Shown here piece by piece: positions 53,003 to 64,000 of a stretch of DNA of 64,000 nucleotides. How positions within the stretch are numbered: position 1 is the first letter of the stretch; each line of letters starts with the position of its first letter. Where the stretch lies: positions 48,734,001 to 48,798,000 of the forward strand of contig NC_087437.1 in assembly GCF_036321535.1 (NCBI RefSeq), written 5' to 3'. This stretch comes from Camelus dromedarius (lineage: Eukaryota). The position numbers and the translations under genes are program-made. The notes under the pieces are model-generated. The model searched no databases, was not told the DNA's origin, and worked only from the letters and a program-made list of their open reading frames with translations.

Positions 53003-54721
53003 AGACAATACTACAGAGCTACAGTAATCAAAACAGCATTATATTGGTACAAAAACAGACATATGGACCAATGGAACAGAATAGAGAGCCTAGAAATGAA
53101 CCCACAAACTTTTGATCAACTAATCTTCAACAAAGGAGGCAAGAATATACAATGGAACAAAGACAATCTCTTCAGAAAATGGTGCTGGGAAAACTGGACA
53201 GGAGCATGTAAATCAATGAAGCTAGAACACTCCCTTACACCATACACAAAAATCAACTCAAAATGGATCAAAGACTTAAACATAAGACAAGATACAATAA
53301 ACTTCCTAGAAGAAAACATAGGCAAAACATTATCTCACATACATCTCAGAAATGTTCTCCTAGAACAGTCTACCCAAGCAATAGAAATAAAAGCAAGAGG
53401 GGGAGGGTATAGCTCAAGTGGTAGAGCACATGCTTAGCATGCACAAGGTCCTAATCCCCAGCCCCTCCTCTAAAAGTAAATAAACCTAAGTACCTCCCCC
53501 GACCTGCCAAAATAAAGTAACTAAATAATACAAAAATAAATAAAAAATTTTAAAAATATTAAAAAAAATAAAGGCAAGAATAAACAAATGGGACCTAATC
53601 AAACTTACAAGCTTTTGCACAGCAATGGAAACCATGAGAAAAACAAAATGACAACGTACAGAATGGGAGAAAATTTTTGTCAAAGATGAAACTGATAAAG
53701 GCTTGATCTCCAGAATATATAAGCAGCTCATATGGCTTAATAAGAAAAAAGCAAACAACCCAATCCAAAAATGGGCAGAAGACCTAAACAAGCAATTCTC
53801 CAAGGAAGACATATGAATGATCAATAGGCACATGAAAAAATGCTCAATATCACTAATTATCAGAGAAATGCCAATCAAAACTACAATGAGGCATCACCTC
53901 ACACCAGTCAGAATGGCCATCATTCAGAAGTTCACAAATGACAAATGCTGGAGAGATTGTGGAGAAAAAAGAACTCTCCTACACTATTGGTGGGAATGCA
54001 GTTTGGTGCAGCCACTGTGGAAAACAATATGGAGATTCCTCAAAAGACTAGGAATAGACTTACCATATGACCCAGGAATCCCACTCCTGGGCATATATCC
54101 AGAAGGAACCCTACTTCAGGATGACACCTGCACCCCAATGTTCATAGTAGCACTATTTACAATAGCCAAGACATGGAAACAGCTGAAGTGTCCATCAACA
54201 AATGACTGGATAAAGAAGAAGTGGTATATTTATACAATGGAATACTATTCAGCCATAAAAATGACAACATAGCGCCATTTGCAGCAACATGGATGCTCCT
54301 GGAGAATGTCATTCTAAGTGAAGTAAGCCAGAAAGATAAAGAAAAATACAATATTAGATCACTCATATGTGAAATCTAAAAAAAAAAAAAAAAAAGAATG
54401 AACATAAATATAAAACAGACATAGACTCATAGACATAGAATACAAACTCGTGGTTGCCAATGGGGAGGAGGGGTGGGAAGGGACAGGCTTGGATTTCAAA
54501 ATTTGTAGATACTTACAAGTATATATAGAATAGATAAACAAGATTATACTGTATAGCACAGGGAAATATATACAAGATCTTGTGGTAGCTCACAGTGAAA
54601 AAGTATGCGACAATGAATATATGTATGTTCATGTATAACTGAAAAATTGTGTTCTACACTGGAAACTGACACAACATTGTAAACTGACTATAACTCAATA
54701 AGAAAAAAAAAAAAAAGAAAG
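53003..54721 (+). mobile_element. Young 5'-truncated L1 (ORF2 C-terminal region, 3' UTR, poly(A))
   Basis: ORFs [26 protein letters not shown]...WCWENW and [18 protein letters not shown] (cysteine-rich domain); in-frame stops between them; TSD aaagaaagact (52992-53002) / aaagaaaggct (54722-54732). Confidence 0.95.
53399..53565 (+). mobile_element. tRNA-Ala-derived SINE (vic-1-like) inserted into L1 ORF2
   Basis: ggggagggtatagctcaagtggtagagcacatgcttagcatgcac; B box partly deleted; TSD aaataaaagcaaga (53385-53398) / aaataaaggcaaga (53566-53579). Confidence 0.92.
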
Positions 54722-56179
54722 AAAGAAAGGCTGAGAAACTGTCACAGGCCAGAGGAGACAAAGGGAGATGGTAACTATTTGCAATTTGGTGTCATAGATC
54801 AAATCCTCGAACAGTAAAAGAATATTAGTAGAAAAATCAGTGAAATTTTAATAAAGTCTGGAATTCAGTTAATAGCAATATAGCAATGTCAGTTTCTTGA
54901 TTTTAGCAAATGTATGATGGTAATGTAAGATATTAACATTAGGGGAAACAATCTAAAGGGTATGTGGGAACTCTGTATTAACCTGGTAATTTTTTTGTAA
55001 ATTAAAAATTATTTCAAAATAAAAAATGTATTAAAAAGAAATATAATTCAATAACAGTAACACTAATAAAGAACTAAAAGCAAATAATTCTTGGAATCAG
55101 GAGACCTATAATTTTCTAAATAAATTCTGGAAAATATTCAGAGAAAAGTGGAGGTGAGCAAATTTTTAGTACGTTAGTCACAGGCCCCATATGATAAGAA
55201 TTTGAGATCATCTATTTTCAATGTTTCATACTTATAGAAGTTGAGAATTTTCCTTAGGTCACCTGGACAGGCAAGTCAGCTATCTTGTGATAGTCTTTGC
55301 TCTAAGCTCTACATTTTGATGAAACTTTAGGCTCTCCAGTGTGAGATTCTGGTCTTGCATGAGCCACATCTTTGCTTTATTTTACTCTTAATGGGTTCCC
55401 CTTGTCCTTAGTATAAAATTTAAACCCCTTGGTTGTTTTCCAGGGATCTCTAGCCAAGGTCATTTCTTGCCACATCTCCCTTGTACTCTATACACCAGTC
55501 ATTCTACACTTTGGGGGCATTCACACAATTTTTTTTCTGACTATTATATTGTCCCTTTTACTACTGTCCCCATTGTACCTTGTTAAATCTGGAATCAGCT
55601 TTTTCAGGTTCTACACAATGGTGCTTCCTCAGAGAGGTGACTTGACCATATAGGGTAATCACAATAGAATTGGGCCTGCCATAGAGAGTTCTCTTGCCCT
55701 CTGATCAAGTTTTCATAGTTTTCTTTCATATTAAATTACATTATCAATGGAACTCTAAATAAACACAGGGGGGAAAAAAGCAACATTGCAATCACTCTAA
55801 GAAATTAAACTATTTTCATTTGTTTAAGCTCATCTTGTTCTTATCGATTTGTGCATGTAAGTTTTACATAGTTGTAATCATTGTGCAGATCAACTTTCCT
55901 GCTTTAGTTTTTATCCACATATTGTCAGGCATTTTCCATGTTGTTACATAGATTAGGTATTTATTTTTATTATTCCTGTCTCATTCATTCACTTATATTT
56001 GGAGCCTACAATATTTTGAGTACTAGGCGTGATAATGTGCAGAAGCAAAAGTGAATGGTTGCTCTAGAGGAGTTTATGTCTGGTTTACATTAATCAGACA
56101 CTTTGCTTTCTATCATTTATTAGTATTATTATTAAATACTCAGTCTATATTAATAAAATAATATGATCGCCTATGCTAC

Positions 56180-57780
56180 GTAAATTACACTGTGTAGCCT
56201 CTTTCCTCAAATAATCCCATCTATAAATTGCATTTACTCTTATTCTAATTTCTCCTCATAAACTTTCCTGGGAAATCTCATTTGCTTTCCTGATTTTAAA
56301 AGCTAGTCACCATAGTCTCTCCAAACTTAATCTCTACACTATGCTTTTACTAAAATCTTCACTGAATATTTTGAAGACATCTCAAATGCAGTATTTCTCC
56401 TAACAGAACTCCTTATGTCTCTCCACAGATCTTCCCTTATGTTCTAAATTAATGGCATCATTATGTATCCAATCGTCCAAGTAAAAACTTAAATTTATCC
56501 TCAAGTCTCTCCTCATTTCTCATCATGTCACTATGCCCCATTGCTTCAACATTTTAAATATCTCAATTTTGTCTCTTTTTCTTCCCTCTCATTGCTTTAG
56601 TTCAGGTTCTACTTATCTCTCCTCTACACTTGCAATAGGCTTTTAACTGGTTTCTGCCATCTCTGTCGTGATTTTTAAATCTTTCTTCCTCTTGACTGAT
56701 AAAAATTCTCTTCCTAAAACCCAAAAGTAGTCAAGTGATTTCCCTACCTCCAAACTTCTGATGGCTTCTTTATTATCTGACACTATCACCATCATTTATT
56801 GAACACCTAATATATCCTAGGCCTTCTTCTAAGTACTTTATATATTTCATTTCATTTAATCCTCACATCAACCCTTTTGATGTAGCTACTATTATCATTC
56901 CAATTTTATGAATGAGGAAACCAGGGAATGGAGAATTTAAATAATTTGGTCAAGGTTACAGCATTAGTAAGTGGGCAGAGCTAGTAGTTTGAGTTTGGAG
57001 TTGTTGCTCTTAACAGTACCTTACAGCTGCCTTTCAGAAATATACTAATTCTAAACCTCTTAATGTGGCTTATATTATGTTTTCCAATTGGATCCAAAAT
57101 CCAGACATCTATTCATTAAATATGTATTAAATACATGTATAATTAGGTATTAAAAAAACTTCCTTCAAAGAGCTTACAGGTGGTGGAAAATAATATGAGA
57201 AAAATATTAAATGAATTTTCATATTAATATGAAAATAACATGAGGGCAAAATTTGCAATTAAGTAGTGTAATTCAATGAAATAGAAATATGCTTAATTCT
57301 ATGAAACAGAGTAAAAAGCTTCATCTGGGTTGAATCTCTCTTTTTCATACTTTAGTCATTATTCTTGTTGTTATTCGGTTTAGAATGTCTCCTTCCTTGA
57401 CTATATGACAAACTAGTTTCTTCTGGATGCTACTAAATTGTCTTCTGCCCTGTAGAAACACAGTGACTTCTCAGCACAGAATTTGCATTCCTCCTTTGTC
57501 CATCTTACATGGTGCAGAGTTGCAATATCACGTTGTCTGTTGAATTGTCATTGCTTACTTACAGGTCTGCCCCTGACCTCAACCCCAGACTATAAACAGA
57601 GATCAGTCTTATTTTTCTTTGTATGCCCTTCTACCACACCTAGCACTGGACATAAACTATGGATAATTGTTTAAAACATAAAAAATAAACATGAAAGCAG
57701 TCAGTATTTTACTATTTACTATGTGTCTGGTTTTTTCTAAGGTGAATAAACGGAGAGACGAATGAATGAATAAATGAGAG
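56180..57780 (+). mobile_element. L2 fragments with an embedded antisense MIR (~56790-57030)
   Basis: catctcaaatgcagtattt...aattaatggcatc...tttagttcagg...gcaataggcttttaactggttt; ends acacctagcac...gaatgaatgaat; MIR core ttttatgaatgaggaaacc. Confidence 0.65.
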
Positions 57781-58089
57781 AAAGAGTCTAGAAAGAAGTT
57801 GGCTGGTTAAAGCTATACTTCACAGATTTTCAGAGTTACTGCTAGGTTCTGCTCTCTTTACACCGTGGTAGGCAGCAGTCTAAGATAGCCTTTGTGATAC
57901 TTGCCTCCTGGTTATCCATGTTTTCCTATGGGCTGAACCTGTAAGCTGCTGCTAACCAATAAAATACAGCAAAGGTAAAGTTTTGCAGATGCAATTAAGG
58001 TTGTGAATATTAATCAAAAGGGAGATTTTCCTGGGTGGACCTAACTTAATCAGGTGAGCCTTTTAAAAGAGCATCTACAGGTCAGAGGC

Positions 58090-58220
58090 TATGATGGCTA
58101 ATTTTATTTGTCAACTTAGTTGTTTAGTCAAACACTAGTCTTGATGTTGCTGCTAAAGGTATTTTAAAGATATGATTAACATTTAAAACAGTAGATTTTA
58201 AATAAAGTAGATTACTCTCT
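58090..58220 (+). mobile_element. MLT2 (ERVL) LTR 5' part
   Basis: tatgatggctaattttatttgtcaactt...gtcaaacactagtcttgatgttgctg...taaagtagattactctc. Confidence 0.8.
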
Positions 58221-58885
58221 GATGTGTTTTTTCCAGTACCAATACTACTACAATTCCCAGTGGACAATGACTGGGTGTCCAACAAATTTAACTAAAATTT
58301 GACAATATCTACCTGGAGATAGATAGCATCAGATTCCACAGGTTAAGGGCTCAGTCCCACAACACTGCCCTCAGTTCAGATGCCAATCTCCAAGTCCAGG
58401 CTGTCACCTGTGCTTCTGACCAACCTATAAACTGGAGATTCCCACAACCCCCTCTTTGAATTTAATTAATTTGCTAGAGCAGTTCACAGAAACATTTATT
58501 TATGTTTACCAGTTTATTATAAAGGATATTAAAAAGGATATAGATGAATAACCACAAGAAGAGGTACACAGGAAGAGGTCTCAATCGCTGGAGCTTCTGT
58601 CCCTAGGGAATAAGAGTGCGCCACTCTCGTAGCGCGTGCATGTGTTCACCAATTCGGTTGATCATCAAATGTCCTTGCTAAAGAGTTTTTACAGAACTTA
58701 ATTTTCAGTCTCCCTTCTTTCTCCTTCCCAGAAACCAGGGGTGGGGTTGAAAATTCTAATCCCTTGGTCTTTAGGACAACCAGCCTCATCCTAAGGCTAC
58801 CTAGGGGCCCTACCCTAAGTCACCTCTTAGAATATACTCTGCTGTTAAGTCTCCTTATGAATAACAAAAGACATTTCTACCATTC
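58221..58885 (-). mobile_element. MER21-type LTR
   Basis: ctgggtgtccaacaa...tctacctggagatag...tcagattccacaggttaagggctcagtcccacaa...tcacctgtgcttctgacc...ttatgaataacaaaagaca. Confidence 0.8.
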
Positions 58886-59009
58886 AGGCTGGAAATTCTG
58901 GAGGTAGTTGAGGTGGCAAGTCGGGAGACAGAATTCCTTCCTTTTGGGGAAATCTCAGCCTTTTAAGGCTTCAACTGATTGGATGAGATCCACCCACATT
59001 AGGGAGGGT
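58886..59009 (-). mobile_element. MLT2 LTR middle part, inverted
   Basis: Minus strand accctccctaatgtgggtggatctcatccaatcagttgaagcc...ggaattctgtctc...tttccagcctg. Confidence 0.8.
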
Positions 59010-59376
59010 GAGGTATAATACATATTTTGAAAGGATAATATATGCTGTTTTAAGCCTCTAAACCTGCAGTAATTTGTTTTTATGAAGCAATAGAAAAGTA
59101 AAACAAATTTTAAATACCTTACCATACGCAGGCAAGAATTTTGGCAATTGACATTTTGATTATTGTTTTTTGGGGAACATGTCATTTTATTTTAAAAATT
59201 TCACTTTAAAAAAAAATCACAAAAGGTAACATATGTACATGAAAGAAAAAAGTAACAAGAAATACATGAAAGAAACCAGTTCCCCCCTCCCATAAATAAA
59301 CTATTCTGCAGTTCATGTCTTTTAATATGTGAGGAAAAGCTTTCCATATTTGTATATCTAGATGTACTTCTTACTT

Positions 59377-59904
59377 CAAAGGTTCCCAAACTTTTTTGGT
59401 TCATAACATTCTTAGTATTTTAGTACTCAGTATACTGCTCAAATAAATACTTAATGATTCTGTTTATTAAGTAGTTAGATCTAAAAACTTAAGGAACATT
59501 TATGTCATAATGATTTACTATACATGTGAAAAATAAATAAGTGTAAACTAGTAGAAGAAATATTTTAATCTTATTCTTAAATAATCAGTTTCTTGCTAGT
59601 AGGGTGTGCAAACTCATTGGTCACTACACACCTCTCTTGGAATCACAGTGGACACTGCCACCCTCATTTCCTGTTTGATACTGATTTTTTGCTTTATTGT
59701 TACATTAATTGCTGAAAACCATGATTACAAAGATATGAAATCATCAAATGGAATGTAGCATAATCTAATATTGAAACTGAACTCCCTTGAGATAGCTGCA
59801 TACACAATGTCCAACAGGTATCATGCATCAGTGTGCTTACTTCAAAAATGTAAAATATCCCAAAGCACTCTTGTGAATTCACTGCCATGTCCTGGTGCTT
59901 CTTG
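59377..59904. mobile_element. MER119-like hAT-Charlie element
   Basis: caaaggttcccaaactttt...tttattaagtagttag...ggacactgccaccctcatttcctgtt...ggaaccctg; degenerate terminal inverted repeats. Confidence 0.7.
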
Positions 59905-59929
59905 TTGCACAATATAGGAACCCTGGCCC

Positions 59930-60720
59930 CATCCCATTCCTTTAAATGGGTGCATATTAACCAATTTTATGGATAAACTTATTTAAATTGTTGCTCTATT
60001 AAGGGTTAACTTAGGCTCTTGCCTGTTTTTATTTCCTTTTTTCTTTCATTTTTCTCTTAATTGTGACTGTGAGATTCTTCCATCCATGAAAATTCCTTAT
60101 GAGCAATCTTGCAATCTTTTTGAGTATTTCTGTAGGATAAATTCCTATAAATTGAATTGCTGGCTTAAATGGTATGATTAATTTAAATGTTGATACTTAA
60201 AAAAAAGTCTCCGAAAAGGATAAACCAAGTTACATATTTGTGTATCAGCATGACCATTTTCCTAATTTTTTCTAACACTTGTTTCATGAAACTTTGATGT
60301 TTTAATATGTATCTTTTTGTTGAGCATTTTAGTTGTGAGCATTTTTACTATATTTAGTGACTATTTATATTTAGTTTTATGTCAACTGTTTACATCCTTT
60401 GTCCACTTTTTCTATGGGATTATTTGTGTTTCCTTATGATTTGCAAGAGATATTTATTTAGTAAGAAACTCAGTCATTTTTTTCTCCTGGCTATTCTTTA
60501 ACTTTATTTATGGTACTTTTTTTCCCTTTGAGTAATTTTACGTGTTTATGTATTCAAATTTACAAGTCTTTCCCCATTGGCTGCTGGGCATTTTGTTATG
60601 GCAGAAACAAACAGTAGTTTCAAATTTACTCATATTTTCTTGTACTGTTTTCTTGATTACTTTTGCACTTAAATTGTTGTTCCAACTGGAATTTATTTTG
60701 ACATAAGCAGTAAAGTAAGG
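59930..60720 (-). mobile_element. Ancient L1ME fragment
   Basis: gtatttctgtaggataaattccta...tgtttacatcctttgtccacttttt...ccaactggaatttattttg. Confidence 0.7.
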
Positions 60721-62458
60721 CTATGCATTTGAGAGTTTAATTAATGCTAACTGCCACATTAAACCACCCTAAATATTTGTGGTACAACATTAATAAAAAT
60801 TCCCTTCTCTCTAACACAGAGTCCAAACTAGAAAATGACAGACTTCATTTGGACTCAAAATGGGCAATCCACATTCAGAGCCCATGCTCTTATCTCTATT
60901 TGTTGTTCATCAAGGGGGCATGTGATCTAGTCCTTTTTGCTTTAAGTTCAAAATCCCATTAGGTTAGGGCCTAAAGAGGAATGAGGCTCAATTTCTGACC
61001 TGCAAAATAAAACCACTATAGTTTCTTTCTATTTTCATCCTGGGCAGCCTATATCATAAGAAATACATCGAGGGACTCTACAATATCAAGAAAACTGAAC
61101 ACAACAGTTTGGTTTAATGTAACTTTCCTTGATACTAACTCCTATACTTAATGTCTGATAATATATTGTGATTAAAAAAAAAAAAAAACAAAGATGCCTA
61201 TGGAACGAAAGTTGAAATATTTTAAATTGTGACTCCTTAGTCTCTCATTAGCTATTTATAAAATATGCATAGTTTGTTTTGGAAACAATTGGCAGAAATA
61301 TTAAAAGTACTTTTAGACTTGAAGTCTTTGTTTCTTGAGGAAGAAAAACTCCTACAGTCTCAATTTTGTCAAATTAAAATTATTTTCAAGTGAACTACTT
61401 TGAGAAGATTTAAAATGATGATAGCATGTTTCCATATCACATTTCACTAAGACAACTCAAACTAAATATAGTGCCCCAAAATTGATCAAAATCTTAGGTT
61501 CTTTGTGTTCCAGTAGCTGTGTATACAAGGTTTCATTATGTGTGTATTTAATCTATTTTTAAATAACATATTTTTTATTTATAATTTTTTAAAATTAGAA
61601 ACAATACTACTTTTCAGTGTAGAAAACTTGTAAAATTCAGAAAACATGAAAAAAAATTCATAATGCTACTGCCTGAAGATAACCACTGTTAACATTTTGG
61701 TAAACATTTGTATTTTGGTAAATATTTATAATATATTTTCATATGATATATGTATATATTTTCTGTACAAAATTGATCCCACATACAGTATTTGACATTC
61801 TTCTTTTTATAGTTACATTATAGACATTTATTCATATTAATAATATTCCTCTAAATAGTTCTCTAATGGCTGCAGAATATTCCATGGTATAGTGTTTTAA
61901 AAATGTAAATACTTTTTTTTCCTGAGAATCAAGTAGTATGCTCATTCCAAAAAAATTCAGATGATGCAAAAAAAAAAAAAATAAAATTTATGTCAACCAT
62001 AAGTCCACCTTCTGGAAATTTAATACAACTATTAACTTTCTGGCCATTTATGTGTACACATACACACATGCACACACACTGTTTTAAATGTGATTATGCT
62101 TGCTGTTTTGTGACTTTTCCTCTCTTTAAAAAACTTTTAATTTTAATTTATTGCCAGTTTTATTGAGATATAATTGACATTATTTCCCTTTTAATAATGA
62201 ATGTCTTTTCAAGATAATGAAAATAGCTCTACATAAAAATTTTAAAGTTTGTGTAATATTCCATTAGGAATATAACATGGAGACATTGATGTGGGCTTTG
62301 GAAATGGAAAGGGGAACTTAAATCCTAGTTCTACTACTAGAACTTGTGTGATTTAAAAAAAAAAAAAACTGATTGCTGTAAATCTCAGTTGCTTAATGGA
62401 AATCATAAGGTCTACCTAGCAGGAATAGTAAAGTATTAGCAGGAAGGTGAGGTGGGGG

Positions 62459-63237
62459 TGTCCAAACTCAAATGTTTTTGGCATGAAAGACCTGAAGAGG
62501 ACCAACCTTTATTCTTCAAAGATTAGATGATACCGAATGCTTTGACCTGGGTCCAAATGGAACTTTCGTAGACTTACCCAAAGTCATTTACATTGAGAAA
62601 AAAAAAAGGAAAGTAATACACTGAAGGCCAAAACAAATAAAGAGAGAGAGAGAGAGAAAGAAAAATCCATAAAGCAAAAGTAGTAGTAAGTAGCCCTTTG
62701 CAGGAAAAAGCCCCTCAGCCAGAAACCCCTTTTGTCTTATCACCAACCTTAAACCAGGCACCCCCATGCTTTACTCATGTCTGGCCCTCACACACCTTTC
62801 AAATCTTGATCGCACAATACCTTGCCTAACATGTCCGTTCTTCTCATAGATCAAAGAAGTAGGAATGGAGAATAAGTAATTAACAGATGACCGGGTCTCT
62901 TCTCTAGCTTCTCCTTCAGTAATCTTGTGAACAAACTATGTGAACAAGAAAGCATCTACAGAAAAGATCAGGAGAAGTCGACAAGCCTGAACTCAGTGGG
63001 GGATAGTGACAACTCTGACCCCCTATCTCAATGATTGACTGAGATTTCTTCCTCTTTCCCCTTTAAAACTTTCTCGGCTAAGCAGAATCTTCAGAGTTGG
63101 TTTTTGTGGACCCTGAGTCCACCACCTCCCCACATGGCCAGCATTCTGATGAAAAGCAACTTTCCTTTCTATCAACATTTGTCTCTCCTGAGTATTGATT
63201 TTTGAGCAGTGAGCAGCCGAACTGGAGTTTGGTAACA
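62459..63237 (+). mobile_element. ERV1-like solo LTR (left edge uncertain: 62459 or 62528)
   Basis: Ends ggagtttggtaaca; ccctttaaaa TATA-like box; U5-like aaagcaactttcctttctatcaaca...gagtattgatttttgagcagtgagcagcc. No clean TSD found. Confidence 0.7.
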
Positions 63238-63886
63238 ATAGGACCCTTATACATTGCTGGTGGGAATGCAAATGGTGCAGCTGCTTTGGAAAAGAGTCTG
63301 GCAATTCCTCAAAAGGTTAAACATGCAGTTACCTTATGAGTCAGCAATTCCAATTCTAACCATATACTCAAGAATAATTAAAAGGTCTGTCTATACAATA
63401 ACTGTAATCTTCATATATTATTCCTAACAGCTAAAAAAGTGAAAATACGGCAATGTCCACCAACAGTTGAATGAATAAATAAAATGTTGTGGTATACAAT
63501 GGTATATTTGACAATAAAAAGGAATGAATGATGATATATGCTACAACATGGCTGACCCTTGAAAACACTGTGCTAACTGAAAGAAGCCAGCCATAAAAGA
63601 CCACACATTCTATGCTTCTATTTATATGAAATATCTAGACTAGGCAAATCTAATAGCGACAAAAAGTAGATTAGTGGTTGCCTAGGGCTCTGGCGATTGG
63701 GGTGAAATAGGAGTGACTGCCAACAAGTATAGAGTTTTTATTCTGGAGTGGTGAAAATGTTCTAAAATTGATTATGGTGATGGCTGCACAACTCTGTGAA
63801 TATACTAAAAACTATTGAATTTTACAGTTTAAATCAATGAATTGTATGATATGTGAATTATATCTCAATAAAGCTGTTGAAAAAAG
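63238..63886 (+). mobile_element. L1MB-type 3' end
   Basis: tacattgctggtgggaatgcaaatggtgcagc...aaagtagattagtggttgcctaggg...tgtgaattatatctcaataaagctgtt. Confidence 0.9.
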
Positions 63887-63946
63887 CAAACTAGGGCATT
63901 ATAATTCAGAAGGATCGTAATAAAATGGTATATAAAGCACTGGACA

Positions 63947-64000
63947 GGGAGGTGGGTATAGCTCAGTGGTAGAGTGCATGCAGAGGTCCTGGGTTCAATC
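63947..64000 (+). mobile_element. tRNA-Ala-derived SINE (vic-1-like), cut by the window edge
   Basis: gggtatagctcagtggtagagtgcatgc-agaggtcctgggttcaatc. Confidence 0.88.

Larger units (their letters stand above)
52420..55030 (+). mobile_element. Old L1MC/MD 3' end, split by a younger L1
   Basis: aaccaagtgatcaaggttaatatcatca...ccccaaatccataactccagtctaatcatgagaaaa...aaggtcatgaaaaacaaagaaagact | gagaaactgtcac...aagatattaacattaggggaaac. Confidence 0.85.
57864..59105 (+). mobile_element. MLT1-type MaLR LTR ends (57864-58089 and ~59010-59105) enclosing MLT2 and MER21 pieces
   Basis: 5' end cgtggtaggcag...tctaagat...tttgcagatgcaattaagg; 3' end tgttttaagcctctaa...gtaatttg...gcaatagaaaagtaaaaca. Confidence 0.75.

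Noticed and set aside
52952..54272. Two long plus-strand ORFs (161 and 151 aa)
   Set aside because: L1 ORF2 C-terminal remnants of a 5'-truncated copy, broken by a SINE and in-frame stops; not a host gene.
9071..63343. About ten scattered AP-1 heptamers (TGAGTCA/TGACTCA)
   Set aside because: Roughly what chance gives in 64 kb; not clustered.

Overview
AT-rich, repeat-dense mammalian genomic DNA, most likely intergenic or deep intronic. I could not recognise any protein-coding gene, RNA gene or CpG-island promoter. At least seven tRNA-Ala-derived SINEs matching the camelid vic-1 family suggest the source is Camelidae (alpaca/llama/camel). Every ORF with recognisable protein similarity is a LINE-1 ORF1/ORF2 remnant; the rest look like chance ORFs. 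The window holds old and young L1 pieces, L2, MIR, hAT MITEs (MER20, MER103C, MER119, Charlie1, MER91, MER113-like), three ERV1-type solo LTRs (one MER41-like) and a nested MaLR/ERVL cluster. I found no new biological system. The best second-look items are structural: an apparent ~790-bp microinversion inside the LTR cluster, a tail-to-tail L1 junction, a ~150-bp local copy of an L1/L2 junction, a MER41-like LTR with a respaced STAT motif, TSD-flanked mini-insertions, two CTCF-like motifs and one well-formed orphan exon candidate. Repeat family names come from recalled consensus sequences, not from a search; edges without TSDs are approximate.
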